Assembly (NCBI RefSeq): GCF_050920415.1
Contig: NZ_CP169309.1
Reading direction: 5' to 3' (one strand)
From: Escherichia coli
Lineage (GTDB): Bacteria; Pseudomonadota; Gammaproteobacteria; Enterobacterales; Enterobacteriaceae
Length of the DNA: 64,000 nt
The translations under genes were made by a program, and so were the position numbers. Below, piece by piece: positions 1 to 6,517 of the stretch; within the stretch, counting starts at the first letter, position 1; each line of letters starts with the position of its first letter. Below the pieces are notes generated by a model, which did no database searches, had not been told where the DNA came from, and worked only from the letters and a program-made list of their open reading frames with translations.

Positions 1-563
1 TCTGGCATACCATGAGTATTCAGGTCGTTAATCATTTCATCCAGAAGGAGTTCAAGCCCTTCGCGTCCCATAGCAGAAACAATGAAACCATTATCAGGAT
101 CTGCGATGAGCATTTTTTGATAGAGAAACAGAACTCGCCCCATGCCTTCAGCTTCGCCATATTTTTCAATAAATCCCCATTCGACATGGTTTTGCAGGGC
201 AATGCGAAGTGGTCCCGGGTAGATACTCAGGCAACCATGTTTCCCCTTGTAAATAACTGCGCGATCTGTCGTCCCGTTATCGTTAGGGATATTAATGGTG
301 CCGTTCTTGTCTTCCTCTTCACTGATAAATTTCGCTACATACAGCCAGCGCCACTGAGCAACCTTCAGATCGACTGAAAATCTTCCCAGGAATCCGGCAT
401 CATCGGCTTCCGCAATACATTGCATGATTCTTAAACCGTGCCAGTATGGATTGTCGTACTCACCATCATTAAGTCGCTGTACGGCCTCAACATAATCAAT
501 GGTTGTATTGCCAATTTTTATGCCATGTGGCGTAACTTCTGGTTGGAACTCTGAATGATTCAT
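1..563 (-). CDS. Hypothetical early-left phage protein, 5' part only (continues past the left edge)
   Basis: Minus-strand frame is open from the ATG at 563..561 (GGAG 8 nt upstream) to position 1 (MNHSEFQPEVTPHGIKIG...). It is absent from the ORF track because no stop lies in the window. Its start overlaps the stop of the upstream gene. Confidence 0.5.
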   Translation of the reverse strand, partial: MNHSEFQPEVTPHGIKIGNTTIDYVEAVQRLNDGEYDNPYWHGLRIMQCIAEADDAGFLGRFSVDLKVAQWRWLYVAKFISEEEDKNGTINIPNDNGTTDRAVIYKGKHGCLSIYPGPLRIALQNHVEWGFIEKYGEAEGMGRVLFLYQKMLIADPDNGFIVSAMGREGLELLLDEMINDLNTHGMP

Positions 564-748
564 AATGTTTGCTCCTTTGCTGGTGGAATAATCGTGTAGC
601 CTGCTCTTTTTGCCATCCACAGAAATGTATCCATGCAGCCAACGAATTCATTATCCAGCAGATGTTTTGAGTAAATTACTTTTCCATTTTCAATGGTTAG
701 CAACACTCTTACTTTTTCATGTGTTATGTTCAGTTGTTTTTCTTCCAT
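560..748 (-). CDS. Small hypothetical phage protein (62 aa from MEEKQ)
   Basis: ORF 560..763. The internal ATG at 748 has a GGGAG SD 9 nt upstream. Its stop overlaps the start of the next gene, so it looks operonic. Confidence 0.4.
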   Translation of the reverse strand: MEEKQLNITHEKVRVLLTIENGKVIYSKHLLDNEFVGCMDTFLWMAKRAGYTIIPPAKEQTL

Positions 749-752
749 TGAC

Positions 753-866
753 TTATCTCCCATATGCTTTGCGCAAATACAGGTTGGCTATATGAAGATA
801 AGAATCTCCATGTTGTGCAATGAGGCAGGCAGTTTTATACGATGCCTTATGTTTCAGGAAAGTCAT
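753..866 (-). CDS. Possible 37-aa ORF (MTFLKHKASYKTACLIAQHGDSYLHIANLYLRKAYGR)
   Basis: ATG at 866..864 follows GGAGATTATGTT. The stop lies 4 nt before the next start. Below the ORF-track size cutoff. Confidence 0.25.
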   Translation of the reverse strand: MTFLKHKASYKTACLIAQHGDSYLHIANLYLRKAYGR

Positions 867-944
867 AACATAATCTCCTGCGAATAAAGGTTGCAACAAT
901 CCCCGGCGATAAAACCGTAATAAACATTCAGGGAATATTTATTG

Positions 945-1151
945 TTATTGCGCTAATTCTTTTTCGGCAGCAGCTTTTGCATATTCACATGCAAAATTCA
1001 GAATTTCGCTGCCAAGTGTTTTTGTTTCGTGATTACTTGACATATGTAATACCTGTGTTGCATGCAATAAATGATAAACATTTACCGCAAATGAGTCAGG
1101 CTCCAGACAAATGCCTTCATAATCATCTTGTTGTGAGGTTGTTTCTGTCAT
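945..1151 (-). CDS. Hypothetical 68-aa protein, paralog of the N-terminal domain of the 1887..2348 product
   Basis: ATG at 1151 follows AGGAGCA. The motifs DSFAxN..LL.A...H....LG.E...F..EYA.AA are shared with residues ~25-75 of the 153-aa HTH protein. Confidence 0.5.
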   Translation of the reverse strand: MTETTSQQDDYEGICLEPDSFAVNVYHLLHATQVLHMSSNHETKTLGSEILNFACEYAKAAAEKELAQ

Positions 1152-1490
1152 TGCTCCTGAAGTGCATGCGAGCCTGTTTTTGACAATTCTCTTTCCTCTA
1201 ATCACTATATCGGCAACATCTATTGCCTTTACAACCTCCGGGAGAAGTTCCGGGTTTGTATAATCAAAGTCATCAACATGGAGAACAGTTATGTTTTAGA
1301 ACTTTTTCATGGCTTCCTCAGCTGACTTATATGTTCTGCTATATAGCGAGTCTCAGAAGTGTTTTCATATTGAGACTGTTTCCTCAATGATTGATAATTA
1401 GTTACCGGATGCTTATCCGTGTCCGGCGCACGACCACACGTAGCCGCGTGTTGGTCTCCATTTACAATTCAGCTCTCAATGGAGGATAAA

Positions 1491-1718
1491 ATGATTAACG
1501 AAGAGCAACTTGAAAAAGAAATTTCAGCGCTCAAAAAAGAATTAATGTGGCACAAAGTCGCTATCTCTGCATTAATTCGTCAGGTGGTTTCACCTGAAGA
1601 TAAAGTAAATTTTATGAAGCACTTCTCATGTTCATCAAATGAATTTTTTACTGACGGTCCTCATCCAGAGGCTGGTTTTTGGATCCGTCAACTATTTTCG
1701 CAAGATAAGCGTAAATAG
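1491..1718 (+). CDS. Hypothetical 75-aa protein (MINEEQLEKEISALKKEL...)
   Basis: GGAGG at 1481-1485 lies 5 nt before the ATG at 1491. It is the only plus-strand gene in a minus-strand block. Its 3' end overlaps the 1648..1896 ORF by 71 nt. Confidence 0.4.
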   Translation: MINEEQLEKEISALKKELMWHKVAISALIRQVVSPEDKVNFMKHFSCSSNEFFTDGPHPEAGFWIRQLFSQDKRK

Positions 1719-1896
1719 TGTCGTCAATGTTCGCATCGCTCTTGAATTTAAGAGCGATGCTCTTAATATCCTCTGAAATTATTGCCAGATTACCGTATGT
1801 TATATTTTTATTATTGCGCTCAGCGCTTTTTTGTATGCAATCAAGCAATTCACCAATGAGACATATGTGGTAAGCATCACAGTTTTTCATGCGCAA
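1648..1896 (-). CDS. Hypothetical 82-aa protein
   Basis: Its start overlaps the stop of the upstream gene 1887..2348 (10-nt overlap, operon-like). No recognisable domain. Confidence 0.45.
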   Translation of the reverse strand: MRMKNCDAYHICLIGELLDCIQKSAERNNKNITYGNLAIISEDIKSIALKFKSDANIDDTIYAYLAKIVDGSKNQPLDEDRQ

Positions 1897-2348
1897 GTAT
1901 CCCCACCTGTTGGTTTACCGGTTAACAGCCATATCGGGTCGCAACCAAGAACATTTGCCAGTGGGATAAGCATACTGATAGTTGGTTCATACTCTCCGCT
2001 CTCCCACTGGATGATGATTTCTTCATCGAGATCGAGCAGCCTGGCGAGTTCGGCGGTTGTTAAGCCGCAGGCTTCGCGTTGGGTGCGAAGGTTAACCAGC
2101 CAGCCTTTAGGGAAGGATTGTTTTTGTTGTGCAGGAGAAGCCGCAGATAGAGCATATTCATGGATAAATTCCATTACCTCAATGCCCAGTTCCTTTGAGC
2201 GAGCACAATCCAGAAGATGGAATGTGCGTACAGCACTTAGCAAATTTGCAATATTTAATGCAAAGGAATCAAGTTCTAAGCCTTCAAGCGTAACACAGCC
2301 GCAGTTGATAAAATTAGTTGTTTCTGGAGTTGCTTTTAGTGTCTTCAT
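1887..2348 (-). CDS. Unknown N-terminal domain fused to a C-terminal XRE-type helix-turn-helix
   Basis: The C-terminus GLTTAELARLLDLDEEIIIQWESGEYEPTISMLIPLANVLGCDPIWLL is a classic HTH_XRE. It is the first gene behind a near-consensus promoter. Confidence 0.7.
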   Translation of the reverse strand: MKTLKATPETTNFINCGCVTLEGLELDSFALNIANLLSAVRTFHLLDCARSKELGIEVMEFIHEYALSAASPAQQKQSFPKGWLVNLRTQREACGLTTAELARLLDLDEEIIIQWESGEYEPTISMLIPLANVLGCDPIWLLTGKPTGGDTCA

Positions 2349-2353
2349 ATACC

Positions 2354-2399
2354 CACCAACAATTTTAAATTGAATTTAATCAAGTTATAATTGATGGTG
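2354..2399. promoter_or_regulatory. Inverted repeat (possible operator) in the leader of the HTH gene
   Basis: caccaacaatt (2354-2364) and aattgatggtg (2389-2399) form 11-nt arms with one mismatch. The repeat lies between the promoter and the ATG at 2348. Confidence 0.35.
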
Positions 2400-2401
2400 C
2401 G

Positions 2402-2430
2402 ATATTATGCTTTGAGAAATAGGCTGTCAA
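2402..2430 (-). promoter_or_regulatory. Sigma70 promoter (PL-like position) driving 1887..2348
   Basis: On the minus strand: TTGACA (2430..2425), a 17-nt spacer, then TAATAT (2407..2402). Confidence 0.5.
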
Positions 2431-2460
2431 GAAAAAATTGATATCGTGTGTTTTAGGCAG

Positions 2461-2481
2461 AAAAAAACGGGCAAAGCCCGT
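2461..2481 (-). terminator. Intrinsic terminator just downstream of cI
   Basis: On the minus strand: ACGGGC-TTT-GCCCGT hairpin followed by a T7 run. It lies 13 nt after the cI stop. Confidence 0.5.
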
Positions 2482-2493
2482 TAAAATCAAAGA

Positions 2494-3189
2494 CTAACCA
2501 AATCTGTTTATATTGAATGGTACTGATGAGATCACTTTAGACTGGATATAAAGCAGAGCTAACCCCTCTTTTTCGATGCTCCATGGTTGATAATTGGGGT
2601 TATCAGATAACACCATGATTTTGCTTCCAATTTTTTGAAGTCTTTTCACGTAGCATTCTCCATCAAAACAAAATGCATAAATGCCATCGCCATCAAAATA
2701 AGTTACTGTCTTATCAAGAAAAAGAAGGTCGCCAGGTGAGATTGTGGGAGCCATACTGTCTCCTCTGGCGTTACCTATTTCTATATTTTTGAATGCCCGA
2801 TTTCCAACAAGGCGTCGGGCATATTCAGGATCAAGTTCTATTGAGCGCACTACATCTATCAAGTCACCACGGACATGAGTTCCATCACCGCAACTAAACT
2901 CAACATCAAGGACATTAAACACGACGCTATCTGTTCTTGTCTGGTGTTTCTCTTGCGAGGAAAAGGTTGGTGAGGAGTCTTCACCTAAGAACCAGGATTG
3001 TGGATAACCGCTAATCTCGGATAAATGCGCGAGCTTATCACTCCGTGGAAATGTTTTTCCTGTTGTCCAGTACTGCACTGATTGCGCACTCACACCTAAC
3101 TTGCGGGCCAGTTGAGCCTGAGTCCATCCTTTTGCTTTCAGCATCGCGGCTATTCGATTTTCCGTGTTTTTGACGTTCTTCATGACCAA
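2494..3189 (-). CDS. cI: cI-type prophage repressor (HTH plus S24/LexA-like autopeptidase)
   Basis: N-terminal HTH (GWTQAQLARKLGVSAQSVQYW). The C-terminal S24 motifs GDSMAPT and YVKRLQ are present. Divergent from a cro-like gene. Confidence 0.9.
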   Translation of the reverse strand: MVMKNVKNTENRIAAMLKAKGWTQAQLARKLGVSAQSVQYWTTGKTFPRSDKLAHLSEISGYPQSWFLGEDSSPTFSSQEKHQTRTDSVVFNVLDVEFSCGDGTHVRGDLIDVVRSIELDPEYARRLVGNRAFKNIEIGNARGDSMAPTISPGDLLFLDKTVTYFDGDGIYAFCFDGECYVKRLQKIGSKIMVLSDNPNYQPWSIEKEGLALLYIQSKVISSVPFNINRFG

Positions 3190-3316
3190 ATCCTGTGGGT
3201 TTCTTTACAAGGATAAATCTTTACTTGATTTTAGTGTATTCGATCCTTTTGCAACTTGCATGTTAATTTAAACTTGATGTATTCTTGATTTATAAAGTTA
3301 ATATTGGTGCTTTGTT
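3190..3316. promoter_or_regulatory. Divergent immunity control region (OR/PRM/PR-like)
   Basis: 127-bp AT-rich gap between cI and cro. CTTGAT occurs three times (3224, 3273, 3284) and once inverted in the PL-like region (2379-2384). Candidate PR is TTGCAT(3256)-18-TATTCT(3280). A candidate PRM -10 TAAAAT lies on the minus strand at 3233..3228. Confidence 0.4.
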
Positions 3317-3616
3317 ATGAAAGGAAATGATTACGACAAACTTCGTGCATTAATTGCGCAAAATGCCATAGCGCGAAATCTTGGTGTGACGCCGCAAGCG
3401 GTGAATCAGTGGTTTTCAAAAAACACAATTCCTGCTCGTTTCGTTTTACGCGTATGTGAAGTAGTTGCATGGAAGGTCACGCCACATGGCTTAAGGCCAG
3501 ATCTTTATCCTCACCCTGAAGATGGAATTCCTGATTCGTTACGCAAAATTTCAAATCCAAGCCTAGCGCGCACGGAAGATGGGCAGAGTGATTCATCAGA
3601 AATGTCCACGCGATGA
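3317..3616 (+). CDS. Cro/YdaS-like HTH regulator
   Basis: ARNLGVTPQAVNQWFSKNTIP is the YdaS/Cro-type HTH. It sits opposite cI. Confidence 0.75.
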   Translation: MKGNDYDKLRALIAQNAIARNLGVTPQAVNQWFSKNTIPARFVLRVCEVVAWKVTPHGLRPDLYPHPEDGIPDSLRKISNPSLARTEDGQSDSSEMSTR

Positions 3617-3692
3617 ACGGTTACTGAACGAAAAAAGAAAAGCCGGGCCGCACTCCGTCAGCCCGACTTATTCTGATTAGTAAGGGGATTTC

Positions 3693-4547
3693 ATGATGAT
3701 CAATAAACAAAAATTAGTCAACCCTGAAAACTTGCCAGTTATTGAGTGGCAGGGAGTACGTGTAGTTACCACCGAAACGTTGGCGGCGGGATATGGAACA
3801 ACGCCAATCCGTATACAACAGAACTACATTCGAAACGAAGATCGTTTCGTTGAGGGTAAACACTTTTTCAAAATCAGCGGTGATGAGCTGAAATCTTTCC
3901 GACTATCTTTTAGCGAGTCGGTTAATAAACATACAACATCACTTGTCCTCTGGACAGAACGCGGCGCTGCCCGCATGTCAAAAATCGTCGATACAGACGA
4001 GGCCTGGTTGTTCTTCGAAAAAATGGAGCAGGCGTATTTTCGTAAAGCAACGCCTTCTTCAAACACTATTCCAGACTTTGACGATCCGATCGCTGCTGCT
4101 GAAGCGTGGATTGAAGCCAAAAAATCCGAACGCCTTGCTCTCGGGTATGCAGAGCGTCAGGCTCGCTACATCAGCAAACTCGAAAGCCATCTCGCCGATG
4201 GCATCACTCCTGTGCAGTTCTGCAAACAGCTCAACGGTGTAAACACTCGTCAGATTAATGCGTTCCTTGAAGAGCGTAACTGGCTGTATGACGACCGTCC
4301 GGAGGCTATGTATCCGCGCTGGCGTGTAAAAGCGTATGCACGTGACCAATACCTGACTGAGCGTTCTGGGCAGGTTGAGCAGGAAAACGGGGAAATGCGC
4401 GAGATTTTCAAACCACTCCTGAAGAAAAAAGGTGCCGCCTGGTTATATCGCCATTATCTGAACGGCGAACTACCTATGAAGAAAACATGGGATGGGCAAT
4501 TTACCCATAACACTGAGCTCGCGAATCTTTTACAGGAGAGCAAATGA
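3693..4547 (+). CDS. Antirepressor-type protein (ORF6N/KilA-N-like N-terminus, KilAC/Ant-like C-terminus)
   Basis: N-terminus: LPVIEWQGVRVVTTETLAAGYGT...RNEDRFVEGKHFFKISGDELKSF. C-terminus: AEAWIEAKKSERLAL...ITPVQFCKQLNG. AAGGGGA SD. Confidence 0.7.
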   Translation: MMINKQKLVNPENLPVIEWQGVRVVTTETLAAGYGTTPIRIQQNYIRNEDRFVEGKHFFKISGDELKSFRLSFSESVNKHTTSLVLWTERGAARMSKIVDTDEAWLFFEKMEQAYFRKATPSSNTIPDFDDPIAAAEAWIEAKKSERLALGYAERQARYISKLESHLADGITPVQFCKQLNGVNTRQINAFLEERNWLYDDRPEAMYPRWRVKAYARDQYLTERSGQVEQENGEMREIFKPLLKKKGAAWLYRHYLNGELPMKKTWDGQFTHNTELANLLQESK

Positions 4548-4756
4548 TGCAAACCAAGACATGTGTAACTGGTGATGTCGATCTGAAACCTTGCCCGTTC
4601 TGCGGAAATCCGGAAGTACAACTCATTGAGGTGAAATATTTTCTGGATGGCGATGATGGTTATTACGTCGCATGTACTTGCTGTAACGCAAACCAGATTC
4701 CTGATTCGAAAGAACGTGCTGTTCATGACTGGAACCAGCGCGAAAACGCGGATTGA
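4544..4756 (+). CDS. Lar-family restriction-alleviation-like zinc-ribbon protein
   Basis: 70 aa with CPFCG...C.CC and a C-terminal HDWNQR. Resembles the Lar family (Rac Lar), recalled from memory. Start overlaps the upstream stop (ATGA). Confidence 0.55.
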   Translation: MMQTKTCVTGDVDLKPCPFCGNPEVQLIEVKYFLDGDDGYYVACTCCNANQIPDSKERAVHDWNQRENAD

Positions 4757-4792
4757 CGGCGAGTAGGTACAAAATGATCCGCAACCAACATA

Positions 4793-4821
4793 TTGATTCT
4801 GCAATTTCGGGACGTTACACT
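4793..4821 (+). promoter_or_regulatory. Promoter of c4-like cassette A
   Basis: TTGATT (4793-4798), 17 nt, TACACT (4816-4821). Identical hexamers and spacing recur in cassette B, inside a 64-nt block conserved at the nucleotide level. Confidence 0.5.
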
Positions 4822-4934
4822 GTTCCTGCACCTTATAAAGCGGGTGCCGGGGGTCGCAGCCCGGAATTGCATACGGCGATATATGACGCGCCAGCGTCTT
4901 TTTTATCGTCCGCGCTCACGCACGCCAGAATTAT

Positions 4935-5013
4935 GGTGGGCTGGGCAGGGGAGCCGAAAGGCTCGCCGGTTTCCGTATGCGCCGGTACTGCGAACCCTGT
5001 TCAGTTCACCACC
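4935..5013 (+). ncRNA. c4-like antisense RNA, copy A (~79 nt)
   Basis: Terminal stem GGTGG/CCACC and inner stem CAGGG/CCCTG. Hairpin GAGCC-GAAA-GGCTC. Loop tccgtatgc (4972-4980) complements gcatacgga (5052-5060) over the Rha SD. ctgcgaa (4988-4994) complements ttcgcag (5021-5027). Confidence 0.6.
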
Positions 5014-5070
5014 CATGAGTTTCGCAGCTCCGGTGGTGGAAGTTATCCATTGCATACGGAGGCTGCCATC

Positions 5071-5433
5071 ATGGCTACAGTCCCAACTTCCCCATACCTG
5101 AAAATCGAAGTCGTCAACGGCAAAGCTGTTATTTTCTCCCTGCATGTTGCCTGCCACTTTAAGCGCATGCACCAGAACATCGTCGACAAAATCGAGTATC
5201 TGAACTGCTCGCGTGAATTCTTCTCCCGTAATTTCATACCGGGTACTTACCACGTGTATGGCGATTCCCTGCGTGGTTATTACATCACCCTTGATGGCCT
5301 GATGATGCTTCAGCTTGGGTTAAGTCTGCGCACAATGCGGTACTACGAGAGCTGTATTGAAGCATTCCATGAGGCTGAAACCAACCTGAATCACACTGTT
5401 TTCCGTCGTAATCAATGGGAGGTGCGCCCATGA
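5071..5433 (+). CDS. Rha-family phage regulatory/antirepressor protein, copy A (121 aa)
   Basis: GGAGG (5058-5062) lies 8 nt before the ATG at 5071. The pattern VNGKAV.FSL.VA..F.K.H..IV.KI is Phage_pRha-like. The upstream in-frame 106 codons are interpreted as the RNA leader. Confidence 0.7.
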   Translation: MATVPTSPYLKIEVVNGKAVIFSLHVACHFKRMHQNIVDKIEYLNCSREFFSRNFIPGTYHVYGDSLRGYYITLDGLMMLQLGLSLRTMRYYESCIEAFHEAETNLNHTVFRRNQWEVRP

Positions 5434-5445
5434 TTCGCCAACATA

Positions 5446-5474
5446 TTGATTCTGCACTTTTGGGACGTTACACT
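5446..5474 (+). promoter_or_regulatory. Promoter of c4-like cassette B
   Basis: TTGATT (5446-5451), 17 nt, TACACT (5469-5474). Same arrangement as cassette A. Confidence 0.5.
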
Positions 5475-5587
5475 GTCTCTGCACCTTATAAAGCGGGTGC
5501 CGGGATTGGCGTCCTGAAATTCAATATAGAGCATAACCGCGCTCATGCGGTTTTTTCGTGTCATGAGCATTGCTACGCCCAAATTAT

Positions 5588-5666
5588 GGTGGGGCGTGCA
5601 GGGGCATCGCAAGATGCGCCGGGTTCTATGTTGACCGGTTACGCCAACCCTGTACGTCTCACCACC
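5588..5666 (+). ncRNA. c4-like antisense RNA, copy B (~79 nt)
   Basis: Same scaffold as A (GGTGG/CCACC, CAGGG/CCCTG). The hairpin is changed compensatorily to GCATC-GCAA-GATGC. ctatgttga (5626-5634) complements tcaacatag (5704-5712). acgccaa (5641-5647) complements ttggcgt (5674-5680). Confidence 0.6.
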
Positions 5667-5723
5667 TCTGTGATTGGCGTCCCATGTGGTGAGTTCTTTG
5701 AATTCAACATAGGGGCTGTCACC

Positions 5724-6287
5724 ATGACTACTCTCCCAACCCTCTCTCAACCTGAAATTGCGATCGTTGATGGTCAGGCTGTTACATCTTCTTTGGCTGT
5801 TGCTGACTTCTTCTCTAAACGTCATGACGATGTTCTGAAAAAGATCCGCATTTTGGATTGTTCTCCAGAGTTTTGTGCCCGCAATTTTGCGGAGACATCA
5901 ATTTTGGTACACCAGCCCAACGGCGGTACTCGCAAACTTCCTTGCTACCACATCACCCGCGATGGCTTCGCGTTCCTGGCAATGGGCTTTACTGGCAAAC
6001 GTGCAGCCCGGTTCAAAGAGGCATACATCAACGCCTTTAACCAGATGGAGAAGAATTTATCTGGTGCTGACGCGGTTGATATGTCAGCTGTTGCACGAAA
6101 CGCCAGAGGCGTATACCTGCATTTGCGTGAAATCCATCAAATCTGGATAAGCCAGCTTTATCCAATGCTTAAGGCCGTTGAGTCACCGCTGGCTGGCAAA
6201 CTGTACGACCGTGTAGGTGATGCTGTTTTTGGTGCTGCACTTGTTGATTCCAGACTGAATGGTTCTGACAAGGAGGTGCGCCCATGA
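5724..6287 (+). CDS. Rha-family phage regulatory/antirepressor protein, copy B (187 aa)
   Basis: IVDGQAVTSSLAVADFFSKRHDDVLKKIRIL...ITRDGFAFLAMGFTGKRAARFKEAYINAFNQME is a typical Rha (Phage_pRha) domain. The ATG at 5724 follows an AGGGG SD. Confidence 0.8.
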   Translation: MTTLPTLSQPEIAIVDGQAVTSSLAVADFFSKRHDDVLKKIRILDCSPEFCARNFAETSILVHQPNGGTRKLPCYHITRDGFAFLAMGFTGKRAARFKEAYINAFNQMEKNLSGADAVDMSAVARNARGVYLHLREIHQIWISQLYPMLKAVESPLAGKLYDRVGDAVFGAALVDSRLNGSDKEVRP

Positions 6288-6517
6288 TCCGCCACATCGT
6301 TAATTCCCTGTATCACCGATACAACCGTTGCCCCCGGGTGGGGCAGTGGTTCACCACCAGCAACGGCCACGTTCTGCGGGTTTGCCTGGTCAATACAGAA
6401 AGCCAGAAGGTTGTCTGCCAGGTTCAGGGACGTACTCATACCCTGAGTTATCCGCTGGTGGCGTTTCAGTCCGGAAAAATGTTTAAACGCCTGGGAGGTG
6501 GCTATGCGTCCGTCTGA
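6284..6517 (+). CDS. Hypothetical 77-aa protein
   Basis: Starts at the third copy of the GGAGGTGCGCCCATGAT junction. Overlaps the O-like gene start. Confidence 0.45.
   Translation: MIRHIVNSLYHRYNRCPRVGQWFTTSNGHVLRVCLVNTESQKVVCQVQGRTHTLSYPLVAFQSGKMFKRLGGGYASV

Noticed and set aside
12-377. Plus-strand 121-aa ORF at the left edge
   Set aside because: The opposite strand has a longer open frame with SD and ATG at 563, translationally coupled to the upstream minus-strand gene. The plus ORF is probably its shadow.
3634-3670. Possible tR1-like terminator between cro and the antirepressor gene
   Set aside because: The stem AGCCGGGC/GCCCGACT has an internal mismatch and is followed by only a weak T tract. 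Too weak to call.
4753-5070. N-terminal ~106 codons of track ORF 4753..5433, and likewise 5415..5723 of ORF 5415..6287, treated as protein-coding
   Set aside because: These stretches contain a conserved promoter, GNRA-capped hairpins with compensatory changes, and loop/target complementarity. Each Rha domain has its own SD and ATG. They are interpreted primarily as RNA leaders, although their openness in frame is flagged as a separate finding.
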